Source: a bacterium (GTDB lineage Bacteria > UBA8248). From it: a stretch of DNA of 64,000 nt. Below the pieces are notes generated by a model. The model saw nothing but the letters and a program-made list of their open reading frames with translations. It had not been told where the DNA came from and ran no database searches. Position numbers and translations under genes: made by a program. Below are positions 1 to 17,600 of this stretch, one piece after another. How positions within the stretch are numbered: position 1 is the stretch's first letter; every line of letters begins with the position of its first letter. The stretch is from contig CBDBZY010000018.1 of assembly GCA_965213685.1 (NCBI GenBank), forward strand, positions 1-64,000. The letters run 5' to 3'.

Positions 1-460
<460 letters not shown>

Positions 461-649
461 ATCGAGTTTGTGGTGTGAGCAAACGGACACTCCGAGAAGC
501 GGACAACCTCTGTAGAATGGACAAACTGCCAATATACCATCACTACACTTCTACCTCCGAGACACGGACAACTTCTAATCTCCGCCAAACAGACTAATCT
601 CATGCCACATGCACACAAATAAATACATTTTCCAAATATTTAGAGGAAT

Positions 650-960
650 GTTTGGATGGGAGTGCCAAAAACTACACAAACTAGATTCTATGGATGGCAG
701 TGTGCAGGCAACCCAGGGCATAGGAGGACTACACAAGTACCCACCCTATGTCTTCTTTTTTATTTTCCTTACTGACACAAAGCTGTTTCCAGCAATCTCA
801 CAGCAAAGCTTAAAGATAAATGTTGCATTCAAAAGAAACAAAAAAGGTGTAGGGATGGGATTACTTGAGTATATACTCCTATGCCCTGTGCTCCCTGCAC
901 GCTGCCATCTACGTGTCTAGCTTGTGTGGTTTTTGGCACTGCCATCCATACATCCCTCTA
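650..960. repeat. Foldback (hairpin) repeat, copy 1
   Basis: Left arm ggatgggagtgccaaaaactacacaaactaga...gggcatagga is complementary to right arm tcctatgccctg...tctagcttgtgtggtttttggcactgccatcc; related copy at 3716..4000. Confidence 0.75.
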
Positions 961-1677
961 CATGTTTGCAAAATGTGTTTCATACTCATTTTTGTGCTTC
1001 AAATCTCTTAAAGATGAATCTAATAGAAAAAAAATAGAGCGATTTGGTGGTTTAGTCATTTTCTGGCAATAATACTCTTTAGCTACTTGGGAGGTGTTTT
1101 TGGGTAGAGAAATGCCTGAATGAGGTTGCTAAGTGCCTAAACATTCTTAGAATGCTAGTAGGAGTGAGTTTAGGAGGCTTTTGTGTGTACACACATACTA
1201 TGGGTGTGTGGGTGCCATCCACACACAGAGAGTCTACAAAATTAATAACTAGCAGAAGAGGGAATGTAACACAATTTTAGTAGGATGAAGAGTAATTTGC
1301 TTTCATGTACATGTGTTTAGATGCAATGAACAACACTGTTCACAGCAGAAAAAAAAATACCCAATAATTGTTTATGGAATAATAATCATGCCATAAGCAT
1401 TGCACAATTTGGGGGAGTTACTTGTGTATATCCTCTTATGCATATCCTCCTGGGTTTACTTGTGTATATCCCATGTATATCTTCTTATGCCCTGTGTTTC
1501 CTGCACATTGCCATCATTGTGTCTAGTTTGTGTTGTTGTGGCCTGCCATAATTATTATGGCAGGCTACAATGAATGAAAATATACACATGCAATGCTAGT
1601 CCAAAGAAGAGCAAATCTCCTGTGCTTAGCTCAACAGATCCTATCCATCTACCAAAACAGGAGAAAAGTCTTCAGTA

Positions 1678-1915
1678 CCTTAAGATGACTATTTTTTACA
1701 GGTACATTTTTTGGCGATTTGGGGATTATTATCATTTTGCAGGTACTAAATTTTGCTATTTTCACTTGTGAGTGAGATGACCAATCATTCAAATATATTG
1801 TTGAGAAGACTACATGCTAGTAAAACTTTTGTTTGCGTGTACAAAATTTTGCATTTTTGTGCCAATCCGCAAAAATGTCAAACATTCGTACCCGCAAAAA
1901 ATAGTCACCTTAAGG
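1678..1915. mobile_element. Tc1/mariner-type MITE
   Basis: TIR CCTTAAGATGACTATTTTT / AAAAATAGTCACCTTAAGG, flanked by TA on both sides. Confidence 0.8.
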
Positions 1916-3715
1916 TATATTTGAAGTGTCTAATTCTATTGTGATTGCATAGCACAAGATTTCCAATGACAATATTATGCTGCCAATGTATTGCAAAATG
2001 CAGTCACAATATTATTACATTGCTTGAGCTTTCAATTACAAAAACTGTAAGTCATAACGAGCTGTAGCTCTAATACACAATTATTCTAATAGATACGTGA
2101 GTTCACTCTTCCAAGGGGTATATACTTGCATCGAAATAGTATTATGCCTCATGATAACATTGTGTAGCACTCTTATGAGAATGGCCACATCATCAGGCAG
2201 TGTAAATTGCAATCATGACAAATTCAGAATGCAGTTCAACATGGAACGTATGAAACATTATATCCAATGAAGATAATATGGCTATATTGTCTGTGCCCAT
2301 AATCAGTTCAGCTTGAAAGTTGTTTGTTAACATTTTCAACTTCACAAGTAGTCATGTGAAAATAATTGTTATGAACATATTATTTCTTGTGCAGCTACAC
2401 CACAGAAAGAACATTATATGCATTTCGTCACTGTAGTTTTAATATCACTGATAGTAGGGGTGTTCATGGCTCTGGCCAGCATACTGCTAGAGCCATTGCA
2501 TGCAGGGATCATTAACTGTGCTTCTATACTTCCAGAGTGTGGTGTACCACTTAGTGACCGTTTTGTTGTGGCAGAGTAGCCACAAAGTTGTTCAGGAATC
2601 ATGGAATCACTATTGCTTGCTTGTGCAGAATAGAGATGCTTATAGATGCTTATAGGCTTGTCTTTTCCTAATCAAAATCCATCTACAGATACATGAATGT
2701 ACTTTTCTAGTGACATGGCCTTCCCACAGAGCAGACAGTGAAGAGTAGTGGTTACTTTCAAGTGTATTTTTGGGGTACTGACTAAGGGAAGAGAAGAATT
2801 AGGTGGCAGTATAATGGATACATGTACAAAAGATGTTATACAGTGAACTTAGTATATACTACAAGGAGGTACAACAATTACACAATGACTTCAACAAGAA
2901 GAACAACAAAGTGTACAAATTATGTAAAGATAGTTGATACTTCAATGAAAGATGTTGCGTAGCTACCTTGTACACCAAGAAACATAGCATGACTAGCAAT
3001 ACTTACACCAATATTTGATTACATTTGTGTACATAAAGAACAACAAGCACACATAAACACATAAACAAAACAAAAGACACACAAAGCACAAAGGGCCACT
3101 TAAAGGCTGCACGTGATGGAATCCGTGGGAATTCCTGTGAATGAAGTGAGAAGAGCCCATTGATTTATGTATGTATGCTAAACACACATACATGCAAACA
3201 AATTTAGTGCATGTAGTGAATGTTGACATAAATACTCCAAACCCCAAAACCTTGCAGTGTTTGTACGCTATTATCACAGCAAACTTTCATTATGTGTTTG
3301 TTAACACAACGTCAGAAAACATAAGGCCACAGATGTAGTGGAGCAATGATAGCAAGGTGCACATGAATGGAAACATAAGGAATACAGATGATCCATTTTT
3401 GAACTTAGGAATAGTCTCCTTACATCAAGCTGAGTGCCACACTAACATAGCAATTTATCATTGCATGTGTTGGCCATGGGAATATTTTCTCCACATTCTG
3501 GTAAATGCAGGCCTGCACCATTCAACAGACTAATGCAAGTGTAGCTACAAATGCCCTTATGGTATACTCGCAGGTTTGCTAATGTTGCACCTAGTGTGGA
3601 GCCACACCTTCTCATTAGCAGAAGGGAATGCCCCCTTCCATTAATATTCTAACAAAAGATATATTTTCACAGCAAATAGTATGAAAAACATTTTCCAAAC
3701 ATATAGAGGGCTGTA

Positions 3716-4000
3716 TGGATGGCAGTGCCAAAAACCATAGAATGTAGGTGTAGGGATGGCAGTTTACAGACAAGACAAGTTATACAAAGACTACTACACA
3801 AGCAACCCAATCCCTACATTGTTTCTTTACCACATGGTATTGATGTTCCCAGGATTCTCATAGCTAAACTCACAGAACAATTTTAAGTAAAAAAAATCAT
3901 GTAGGGATGGGTTGTTTGTGTACTCTTTGTATAACCTGTCTTGCCTGTAAACTGCCATCCCTATACCTAGTTTCTATGCTTTTTGGCACTGCCATCTCTA
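3716..4000. repeat. Foldback (hairpin) repeat, copy 2
   Basis: gatggcagtgccaaaaaccataga...gggatggcagtttacagacaagacaagttatacaaaga pairs with tctttgtataacctgtcttgcctgtaaactgccatccc...tttttggcactgccatc. Confidence 0.8.
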
Positions 4001-5049
4001 CACACCTGTACAATTTTTTCATGCTTGTTTGTGTACTATTTTTTGTACAATAGTACACAAAACGTTCTTGCAAGCTTCTTCAGTGATCAGAGCAGCCATT
4101 GTTACCAGCCAGCAGCAGAGATACGGAGGGTAGAGTGGGCATTGAACCTCGTCATCAGTCACCTTTGAAGTTGGGAGGCTGAGCCCCTCTAAAAAGTCCT
4201 GAGCTACAGTAGTTTCCTCACTGTATCTGACTTTCTAACTCATACTAGTTACATTAATGTTCATTGTACAACTGTACAGCGAAGTAAGATGCTGCTCGAA
4301 CGCACTCCTTCACTGAGACAGTAACCTTTGGCACGTCAAGCCATTGAGAAATTAATTGGTGTGGCTTCGCGAGGTCAACCCCTCACGTGCATACAATTTG
4401 CACCGCATGACAGAAAATGGCTTCCAAATAATTATGGTAAAGTTGTTTGAGACTTCTAGATTCAGCTCATAGTAGAGAAGATACTAACATGTTATCGTAG
4501 ATCACACTTGGTAGTGATTGCAGCGGATCTGTGAAAGAACTACGGTGATTACTTCAGCCAGTTTCAAGTAAAGTCATTTGAAAAAAATCTCGTAAAAAGA
4601 AGAATAAGAACAACAAACAAAATCACCTTTCAGCCATTATCTGGCAGTAAGTCAAGGAATGCATTTCAGCTACTTGTGGGATATTGTTGGGTAGAGAAGC
4701 GGTGGAATAGCCCATTTGCGTGCTGAGAAAGGCTTAAAACGCAAGTATTCTCGAGTCAAGAAGGCTCTCCAATGTACACACACTACGGGAGTGTTGGTGC
4801 CATCCCTACATAGAGAGTCCACAAGGTACATAGAATGCCGTAGTAGAGTTTATATGCCACAATTACATTCACTCACCCTTCCCATTATGTGATTGATACA
4901 AAATGTGTGCAAGCAGTGCAGAAGGATTAAATCTGATGAGTTTTGCCACTTGCACATTGAATTACTATTGTTTTACTAATATTGCTCCACATAGAGCATT
5001 ATAGATACCTATAGTTCAACAAAACAGAGGTGTGTCAGAAGATACTTAC

Positions 5050-10040
<4,991 letters not shown>

Positions 10041-10149
10041 CTGTTCACGTAAAAGCAAGTAGCAATAGTAACAGTAAGGGCAATCAAAAGCCAGTATGAC
10101 TGCTATATAAGTGTATAAGCAGATGCGGCACTGCCTGCACTTTACATTC

Positions 10150-11050
10150 GCACTATAATCTTTTTTGTGGGGGGTTATTGAATGTCCTAGTATTGTGTTT
10201 ACAGCGCAGTAGTGTGATTGTCCGCCGTTCCTGCATAACGCTTCGCACGGTCGTATAAGAGCGTTCGTACTCGCGGCCTTCCGCAGGCTGGGCGTGGCTT
10301 ACTTTGGCCTCTGCCTTTGCAGCTGCGCCTTTGGAAACGCTTACGATAAATTTGAGAGCTTCACGTCTCACGACGTGTGCATCACGATATCAGGCCAGCA
10401 ATATATACATGTACATAGCGGAATAAGGTTGCACGTGACACACTTGAGCCTCATTTCCGCTCATGCGCATGCAGGCACTAATTCCGGGTATTGCATATTG
10501 ACCACACCCGTGAGGGTCAAGGTTCACAATTAAGACCATCCTGTAGCTGGAGAAACAGCTGTTCACATGAAGATCAGGTGAGGGTGCCAAGCAACGTGAA
10601 GACGCACGATCACGCGCTTCATGAGCGGCCAGAATGATTACTGACGCTGAACTCAGAACGACTGAAGGTACGGACAATGGACTGCCTTTATCCGAAACCC
10701 TCACAGAGCATGATTACGTGGGAACTTATTAAGGGAGGGCGAGTCATGATTGCGTTCTTCGTCAATTACTCTACTGTCGCTTTCCCCCTACATTTACCAA
10801 CGCGAAAACGACAGCAATTCTTTGGCGCGGTTGCAAATTCGCTGGGAAAAAATTCATATTTCCCGCTACCGTTGGACGTGCGGCGCTGTGTGGCGCCAAC
10901 CGGTGAAGAGGTGGATGCTCGCCAAAGGGGAGTGAACTAGTTTATGCGCAATGGGTTGCTCGAGGCTTGGCTTGTTACTTTACGGCAGAAATTGCTACCG
11001 TTTTTCTAAATTCTGCAGCACGAAGAAAACGATTATATGTCTAGAAAGAA
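10150..11050. promoter_or_regulatory. CpG-rich island at the 5' end of the Roc-COR gene (probable promoter/first exons)
   Basis: Local CpG enrichment against CpG-poor flanks; ORF 10153..10371 could supply a first coding exon ending in a phase-1 GTAAAC donor near 10203. Confidence 0.45.
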
Positions 11051-11468
11051 AGATTAGCACGGATTTTTAATTTTTATTTGGCTCTATGTGTATGTGGCAG
11101 TTAAAGAGTTCCTGTAAGCTATCAGTGTGTGTTTGAATGTTGTGATACTCTGATACATGTATCTGTACATGCACATGTATATGCTTCGCTGTGCAATTTT
11201 CAACCTGCATCTCTCTCTCTCTCTCCCTCTCTCTCTCTGTAACGAGATAAGCCGAGTGGATGAACTGGCTCAACTCATAAGCCTTACAGACTGAGACAAG
11301 ACAAAGGTACAGATAACCATGATAAAGGTACAGATAACCACACCCACTGCGTGTAGTCAAGATGGATCGAGGGCCATCTGCAGTGATAGAGCTTCCTTCC
11401 TTTCATTGCTGAGTTCGTTTCTCCCTCCCTTGCTCTCTTCTCCCTCTCCTCCCCCTCTACTCCCTCAG

Positions 11469-11833
11469 GTGTTCCAGAAGCACTCATTCTCCAACCTCTG
11501 CCAGCTCAGAGGTGAGTGGTAGAGCATCCCCCTACTTCTTTACCTGTCCTCCTCCCTTCCTGCCTCCCTCCCTCCCTTCCTGCCTCCCTCCCTCCCTCCC
11601 TCCCTCCGTCCCTCCCTTCCTGCCTCCCTCCCTCCATCCTTCCCTTCCTGCCTCCCTCCCTCCCTCCCTTCCTGCCTCCCTCCCTCCCTCCCTTCCTGCC
11701 TCCCTCCCTCCCTCTCTCCCTTCCTGCCTCCCTCCCTCCATCCTTCCCTCTCTGACTCAGGCTTCGAAGTCTCTCTCCCCTACCCCTACTCCACCACTTG
11801 GAGTGGCTCTACCTGGGAGGAAACAAGATCCAG
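11469..11833 (+). pseudogene. Two orphan leucine-rich-repeat exons
   Basis: cag|11469-11511|gtgagt = VFQKHSFSNLCQLR and cag|11761-11833|gtag = LRSLSPLPLLHHLEWLYLGGNKIQ (LxxLxLxxNxI); their phases are not directly compatible. Confidence 0.55.
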
Positions 11834-12089
11834 GTAGCCACCCACCTTCCTTCCCACACTCTCCCTCCCTCTCTCCCTCTCCCTTCCCTTTTTCTTTCTG
11901 TCCTTTCCTCTCTCTCTCCCTTCCTCCCTCCCTCCCTCCCTCCCTCCCTCCCCCCCTCCCCACCTTCACCCACACAAACTCGCCACATACATGTATGACA
12001 ATTCCTAAACCATAATATTATGACAAGTCCTAAACCACAAGCCACCTGTACCACTCTCTCCCTAATAAGGCACACCATGCAGCCACCAG

Positions 12090-12188
<99 letters not shown>

Positions 12189-12481
12189 GCGTGCGTGCGT
12201 GCGTGTGTGTGTGTATGTGTCTGTGTGCATGGAGGAAACAGAGGTGGGATATGTACTTTTACATAGGCCTCTTCCTACTAGGCGTGCTAATCTGTCCTCA
12301 TGCACTGCACCATACAATGAATATTGTTTGCATGGGTGGGCTGATCTATAATGAGTTATAGTGTGCACGGTTATTGTGTTTGAGGGTTATGAAGATTGTG
12401 GTGAAACTGAGTTGTTGACTGAGGTTTGAACTCTAGCCTTAGGATAGTACCATCAATCCTGCACTCCTCTGCCACCAGACA

Positions 12482-12548
12482 CCCAGTGGCTCAGTAGTAA
12501 GAGTGTCTGATTAGTATTCAGAAGGTCCTGGGTTCAAATCCCAGCTAG
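12482..12548 (+). mobile_element. tRNA-derived SINE head / tRNA pseudogene
   Basis: A box tggctcagtagtaagag, B box ggttcaaatccc; imperfect cloverleaf. Confidence 0.6.
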
Positions 12549-12640
12549 GTCCTGACTCTTTCAGGACTTCTTCAACAACTCAGTTTGACGTAGACGAATA
12601 CCTCTAATTCCATCATGTCTCTCTCTCAAGTGAGCTCTAA

Positions 12641-12830
12641 ATGGTGAGTCTGGTTCCCAGACCAGTGCTCTCCATTCGTGGACCAAGTTCTTCTCATAGT
12701 GCATGCATGTGCACCATGTCTGGAAACAAGTGCAAAGTCTGAGAATGAGGCTGCAGAGGGTGATCAGAGTGGGCATTTCGTGATGGCAAGTCTTCCAGTG
12801 TTCTCCACAGAGTCACTCTCTCAATATGTG
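12641..12830 (-). repeat. Interspersed repeat; inverted copy at 56035..56175
   Basis: Reverse complement matches atattgagagagtg..tctgtggagaaca.tggaagacttgccatcacgaaatgcccactctgatcaccctctgcagcctcattctcag. Confidence 0.8.
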
Positions 12831-14421
12831 TGTACATGTATGCTTAATTAGCTAGTCAAGTATTCCAGTTGAGTCCAGTGTTTCTACACTTCCGTTCTGT
12901 CTGCCTGTCTGTCTGTCTCTGTCTCCCCGTCCATCTGTTTGTCTGTTCTGCTGTCCCTATTGGAACTCCCTCTGCCTTTCATATTTCTTTTCCTTCTCAC
13001 CAAAGAACAAGTATAGATGTGCCACTTCATTTTGATGGTGGGTCAGTGGAATCTCCCGACTACAAGTGTGGCTACAAGTACACTGCAGGCAAGTATAGCA
13101 GCTTTTCATGCAGCCACAGAGAGCAAGTGGTGGCTATCCTCTCAGAGTGAGTGGTTCTGGTGCGATACATGTTCACTGCACACCTCAATCACTGATACTT
13201 GTCCACTGCAGTGGCTGTTCTCAGCTGCGTTGATGGGTGGGAAGAGACAGTGAGGAAGGAATTGCTGAAACTCAGACAAGCAACATTGCTGACATCATGA
13301 CTGCTTTTAAATTCATTGTGAATGTATGCTGTTATGTACATGTACATGTAATTAATTTTCTTCAGCCACTTCCTGCGCAACATACCGCGTATAAAGGGCT
13401 CACAGTGGCGTTTAACTCCATGAGTACAGATATACATGTACATGTGCCATAGATATCCCATGGATGGGACTTTGAACTCGGGTGAATAGCAGATCCTTTG
13501 GTACGTTTGTTGATGCGTAGTTCCACGGACGAAGAGGGAAAGGTCGACATAAAAACGATGGCCGTTTCGAAAAAGATCAACGTGTGAAGACGTGCGTTTC
13601 CAAGACGTTAGAGACTTACATGTACGCGTACCGCGTACTGCCGCGGGTGAGCTGCATAAGATCTTCCAGCTTGCTGGACACAAAGGCAGAAGCAGCATTT
13701 CAGGAAGCGAGCAGTGAGTGTGTGCTCTCCCTCTCACGCTGTTGACAGTCTCTCTCACTGACGGACGTTAGACATTAGACAGTGATGGTGCCAGTCTTAT
13801 ACATGTCTACTCACTTGCTCTGCATACGCACATTATGCATACATATTGCTGTACATGTACATGTTACGTTGTCTCTACTACTGCTACATGTACCATCTTT
13901 CATTTCTTGTTATACCTCATTCCTCTACCTCAAACTTTGTCTATTCTATTCCTATTCCTATCACATATTGAGAGCCGCTAGTTATATGCACGTCTTGCAT
14001 ATGCATGCACATTTCTATTTACTCTCCCTCCCTCCCTCCCTCCTCATTATCTCTGTCCTTCTCATTGACAAGGACATTTTGATATTTTAGTATTACTGCC
14101 AGTCAAAAGAATGTTCCAACATACACATATACATGTAAATCCTGTTGGAGAACAATGCTCTCTTGTCAGACTGTACTAACTGTTGTTAACTGTGATGTCA
14201 TCTGTGTGTCTCTTTATAGCATGTATAGTGATGTAATGGTGTAGGCTTATTTAGAACTTTGTGTTGGCTGTGTAGTTCCAGCCACATGTTCATAAGAGTC
14301 AGTGCAATCACTTATTGTCAAAGCCGAGTCAGTCGCAAGTGCTTCTCTTTGCAACATACCCATCCCTTAATTACACCATTCACATTTCACTTGGTATATT
14401 CCTTCCCCACAACCACATGCG

Positions 14422-14455
<34 letters not shown>

Positions 14456-14653
14456 AGATACAACCCCCTGTGACACCTTACCTTTTACCTTCACCTTCAG
14501 CTGATACCAATTATTCCTCTTCCTTCCCCCACTTCCCCCCTTTGTTCCTCATCCTTACCTTTCTCCCTCTCTTGCTCACCCACCAAGATAAGATACTATT
14601 CCAACTATGTCCCTGCCCCATGCTGTGATGAGCTAGTGAGGTAGTGCCTACCT

Positions 14654-17600
14654 TCACTCTCTCTCCTCTGCCGTTCTTCCTCCAACTTGGACCCACTCAG
14701 GACATTAGTTAGTGTCCACTTCTCTCCATCTTCACACTCTGCAGTGGAGGCAGAGATACATGTGCAGTTACCTAGGCAACACTCTTGCCAGTAATTAGTG
14801 GAGCACTCCTCCCTCTGCCCACAGAGGAGATCACTACATCATCCACTCACACCTGACATCCTGTGCATAGTGCACTATGTACCCACAGGGAGGACATGCC
14901 ACAGCCTTGTACATGTACATACAATCTCACCACATCTCCTACTGCTACTGCTGCCCACAGCATCACTCCACAGTGAGCAGTGTGGCCAGTCCCCCACTCC
15001 ACTCACTGCCACAGTGCCCATCATGCTGCCTACCACACTCACTCCACTCACCAAACTCCAGGACTGTGGTGTCTGAGAGCAGCAGAAAATCATGTGGTGA
15101 GGTATACTTGGTAAGCTTATTGGAGACTCCAGCCACAGCCACTACCAACTTCTTTGTAGGAGTGAGGTGGATCACTCCACCACCATGCCCCCACCGTGGA
15201 GTCAGGGATCCTGGGGGAAGGAGTACCTGTAGGGAGGGGAACAAGAGAACACTCAAATGTACAGCAGTCCACACAATTATCTGCTACTCCACTGCTTACT
15301 GTTGGCTGTCAGTGGAAGTGTGTTGTGTATTATCTCAAAGGCTGCACATCACCTCCTACACACCCACTGCACTCACTGCTGTCCAGTAATGGAGCAGCCC
15401 ATTCCTCACTACTCTCTCCCTCTCCATACCACACAACTCTACACCACATGACTTCTCTATATGCACTGCACACACTGCCATATGCTCTGCACATGCCAAC
15501 CTCTGACATGCCACACCTACTCACCTGGGTTGGCTGCACAGGACAATACCACACACACACCACCACACACCATCACTACTGGTATAGGGGCAGGCTTACA
15601 AGGGGAAGTGTTCAGCTGCCACACATGCAGTGTGAAGGTCATTGCCACACAACAGCTCCACTAAGGGGACATCAACACACTCACTGCCTCATGAACTCAC
15701 AGCTCACTCACCTCCTCCCACTGGATGGCATTAATATTGAAGAGCCACACATCTCCCAGTGGCTCGCCTGTATCGGTCACACCTCCCACCATCACCATAC
15801 ATGGATGAAGTGGGTCTGTGTCTGGATCCCACAGACTGTAGGCTGTGTGGCTAGCCCTCTCCTCAGGCCATGGCTGGCCTGTCTGAGGTAGCACTGGTCC
15901 AGTCCAGTGCTGGAGAGGGAAAATAATTTGAGAACACTTTGAGTTCATGTAATCCACTCACATATGCACATGCTCCAGCTCAGTAAGGCACCCTCTCCTC
16001 TCTACACTGCCTGTATGGACTCACACTACTAGCTAGCCACACATGCCAGCCCATGTACATGGAACATGTACCTGCAAACCTCTTCTCCCATGCACACTAA
16101 CTGGCATGTACACTGTACATACATGTACACTGTATGTAGTCTACATGTAGATTCTGTCTCATCTTGATAAGTACAACATCTTGTCCACTACTCTATCAGT
16201 TACTATGCATGTACAGGCCACTATTGGGTCCCACCAGAGACAATATATTACTGTATGTATGCCCATATTCACGTGTGTATGCTCATATTCATGTACATGT
16301 GTGTGCATGTGATGGTGTCTTGTGCAGGGGACAGTGTCTCCTGTAGCACTGCTCTACATGTATGTACTGCCAGACCTGCCACTCCTCATTCCAACTCACA
16401 GGCCATGCTCCCCTCTCTACACTGGCTCATGGCTGATGACTGAACACACACTGTCTTCCCTGCACTGACTCATACCAGGTATCTAGGCCCACACTAGCCT
16501 CACATCACATCATTGCAATCATATTACACTGATAGATAAATGTACACACATGGAGAAGGCACTAATTATGTGTTTTATTGTTCAAACAACTGAACTACAT
16601 AAGCAGTAGGCCACAGGTGATCTCAGACAGTACATTATTAATTAGGTACAACTATATCTCAGCCACTCACCCATGCCACAGTGTCCAGGATGAACACTGC
16701 ATTTGTCCTCCTCATCCTCTCCCCATTCCGCCCACCAAACCACACGACTCTCCTCCTGTCCACTCTAGTGAGGGTCATGCCACCAGATGGAGGAGGGGTC
16801 CTACCAGTGGTGGGTGGAGTGGACCACTGACCTGGGGGGGAGGGAGGGAGTGGTCTGGGACTAGCCACACCCACTGGCCAGGGGACACTGCTCACATGAT
16901 CCACCAACACCCACCAGGCAAGGCACAAGGCACTCTGCTCTTCACAACCGTCTACACCACTACATACTGACATGTACTAGTCAACATGTGAGGAGCTCTG
17001 CAATGCTCTCACTGTACTTGCTCTATTTGATTCTTTTACCATAAAATCGAACTCTGTTGCTGTTGGGGTAGGCGAATGGGAAATATGTAAACAATTAACT
17101 TCTTATTCACAGACTGTAGTGGTATTGTGGGCATGGGAGTGAATACAGTTCATAGTTGACGCAGAAGAGGTGCCTGGCTCTGCAATGCTCTGACTGTACT
17201 TCATTTGAATATTTTACTATGAAATAATTTGTTGGGGCCAATGGGAACTATCTCAAATAAGTAAACATTGAAACTTTCTGTTTATCATAGACAGTGGTGT
17301 AGTGGTATGGTGGGCATGGGAATGAATACAATTCATAGTTGACACAGAAGAGGTGCCTGGCTGACTGTCCAAACATGAGCATGCCAGGCTGATTGCCTGA
17401 CATGATACAGGTACATACATGTACATAGCAGAGGGTGAGGGATGTGACTTGTGTAGAGCAGCATACATAGTCACATCATTTGCATGCCCACCTCATGTGG
17501 TGAGAGGTAACATGTCTGTGCATATATGTATGCTAGAATACCTGACATGGTTACCATGTACACAGGAGGAGAGAGTGCTTCCTTATTAGGAAGCATACTA

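Noticed and set aside
2414-2800. Possible terminal exons of the Roc-COR-DD gene
   Set aside because: Splice-like signals exist but I could not build a convincing frame or recognise a domain
11512-12078. Pro/Ser- and Gly/Arg-rich ORFs
   Set aside because: CCCT low-complexity tract
12561-12776. Death-domain-like peptide (WRALVWE)
   Set aside because: The segment is an interspersed repeat with an inverted copy at ~56035-56175
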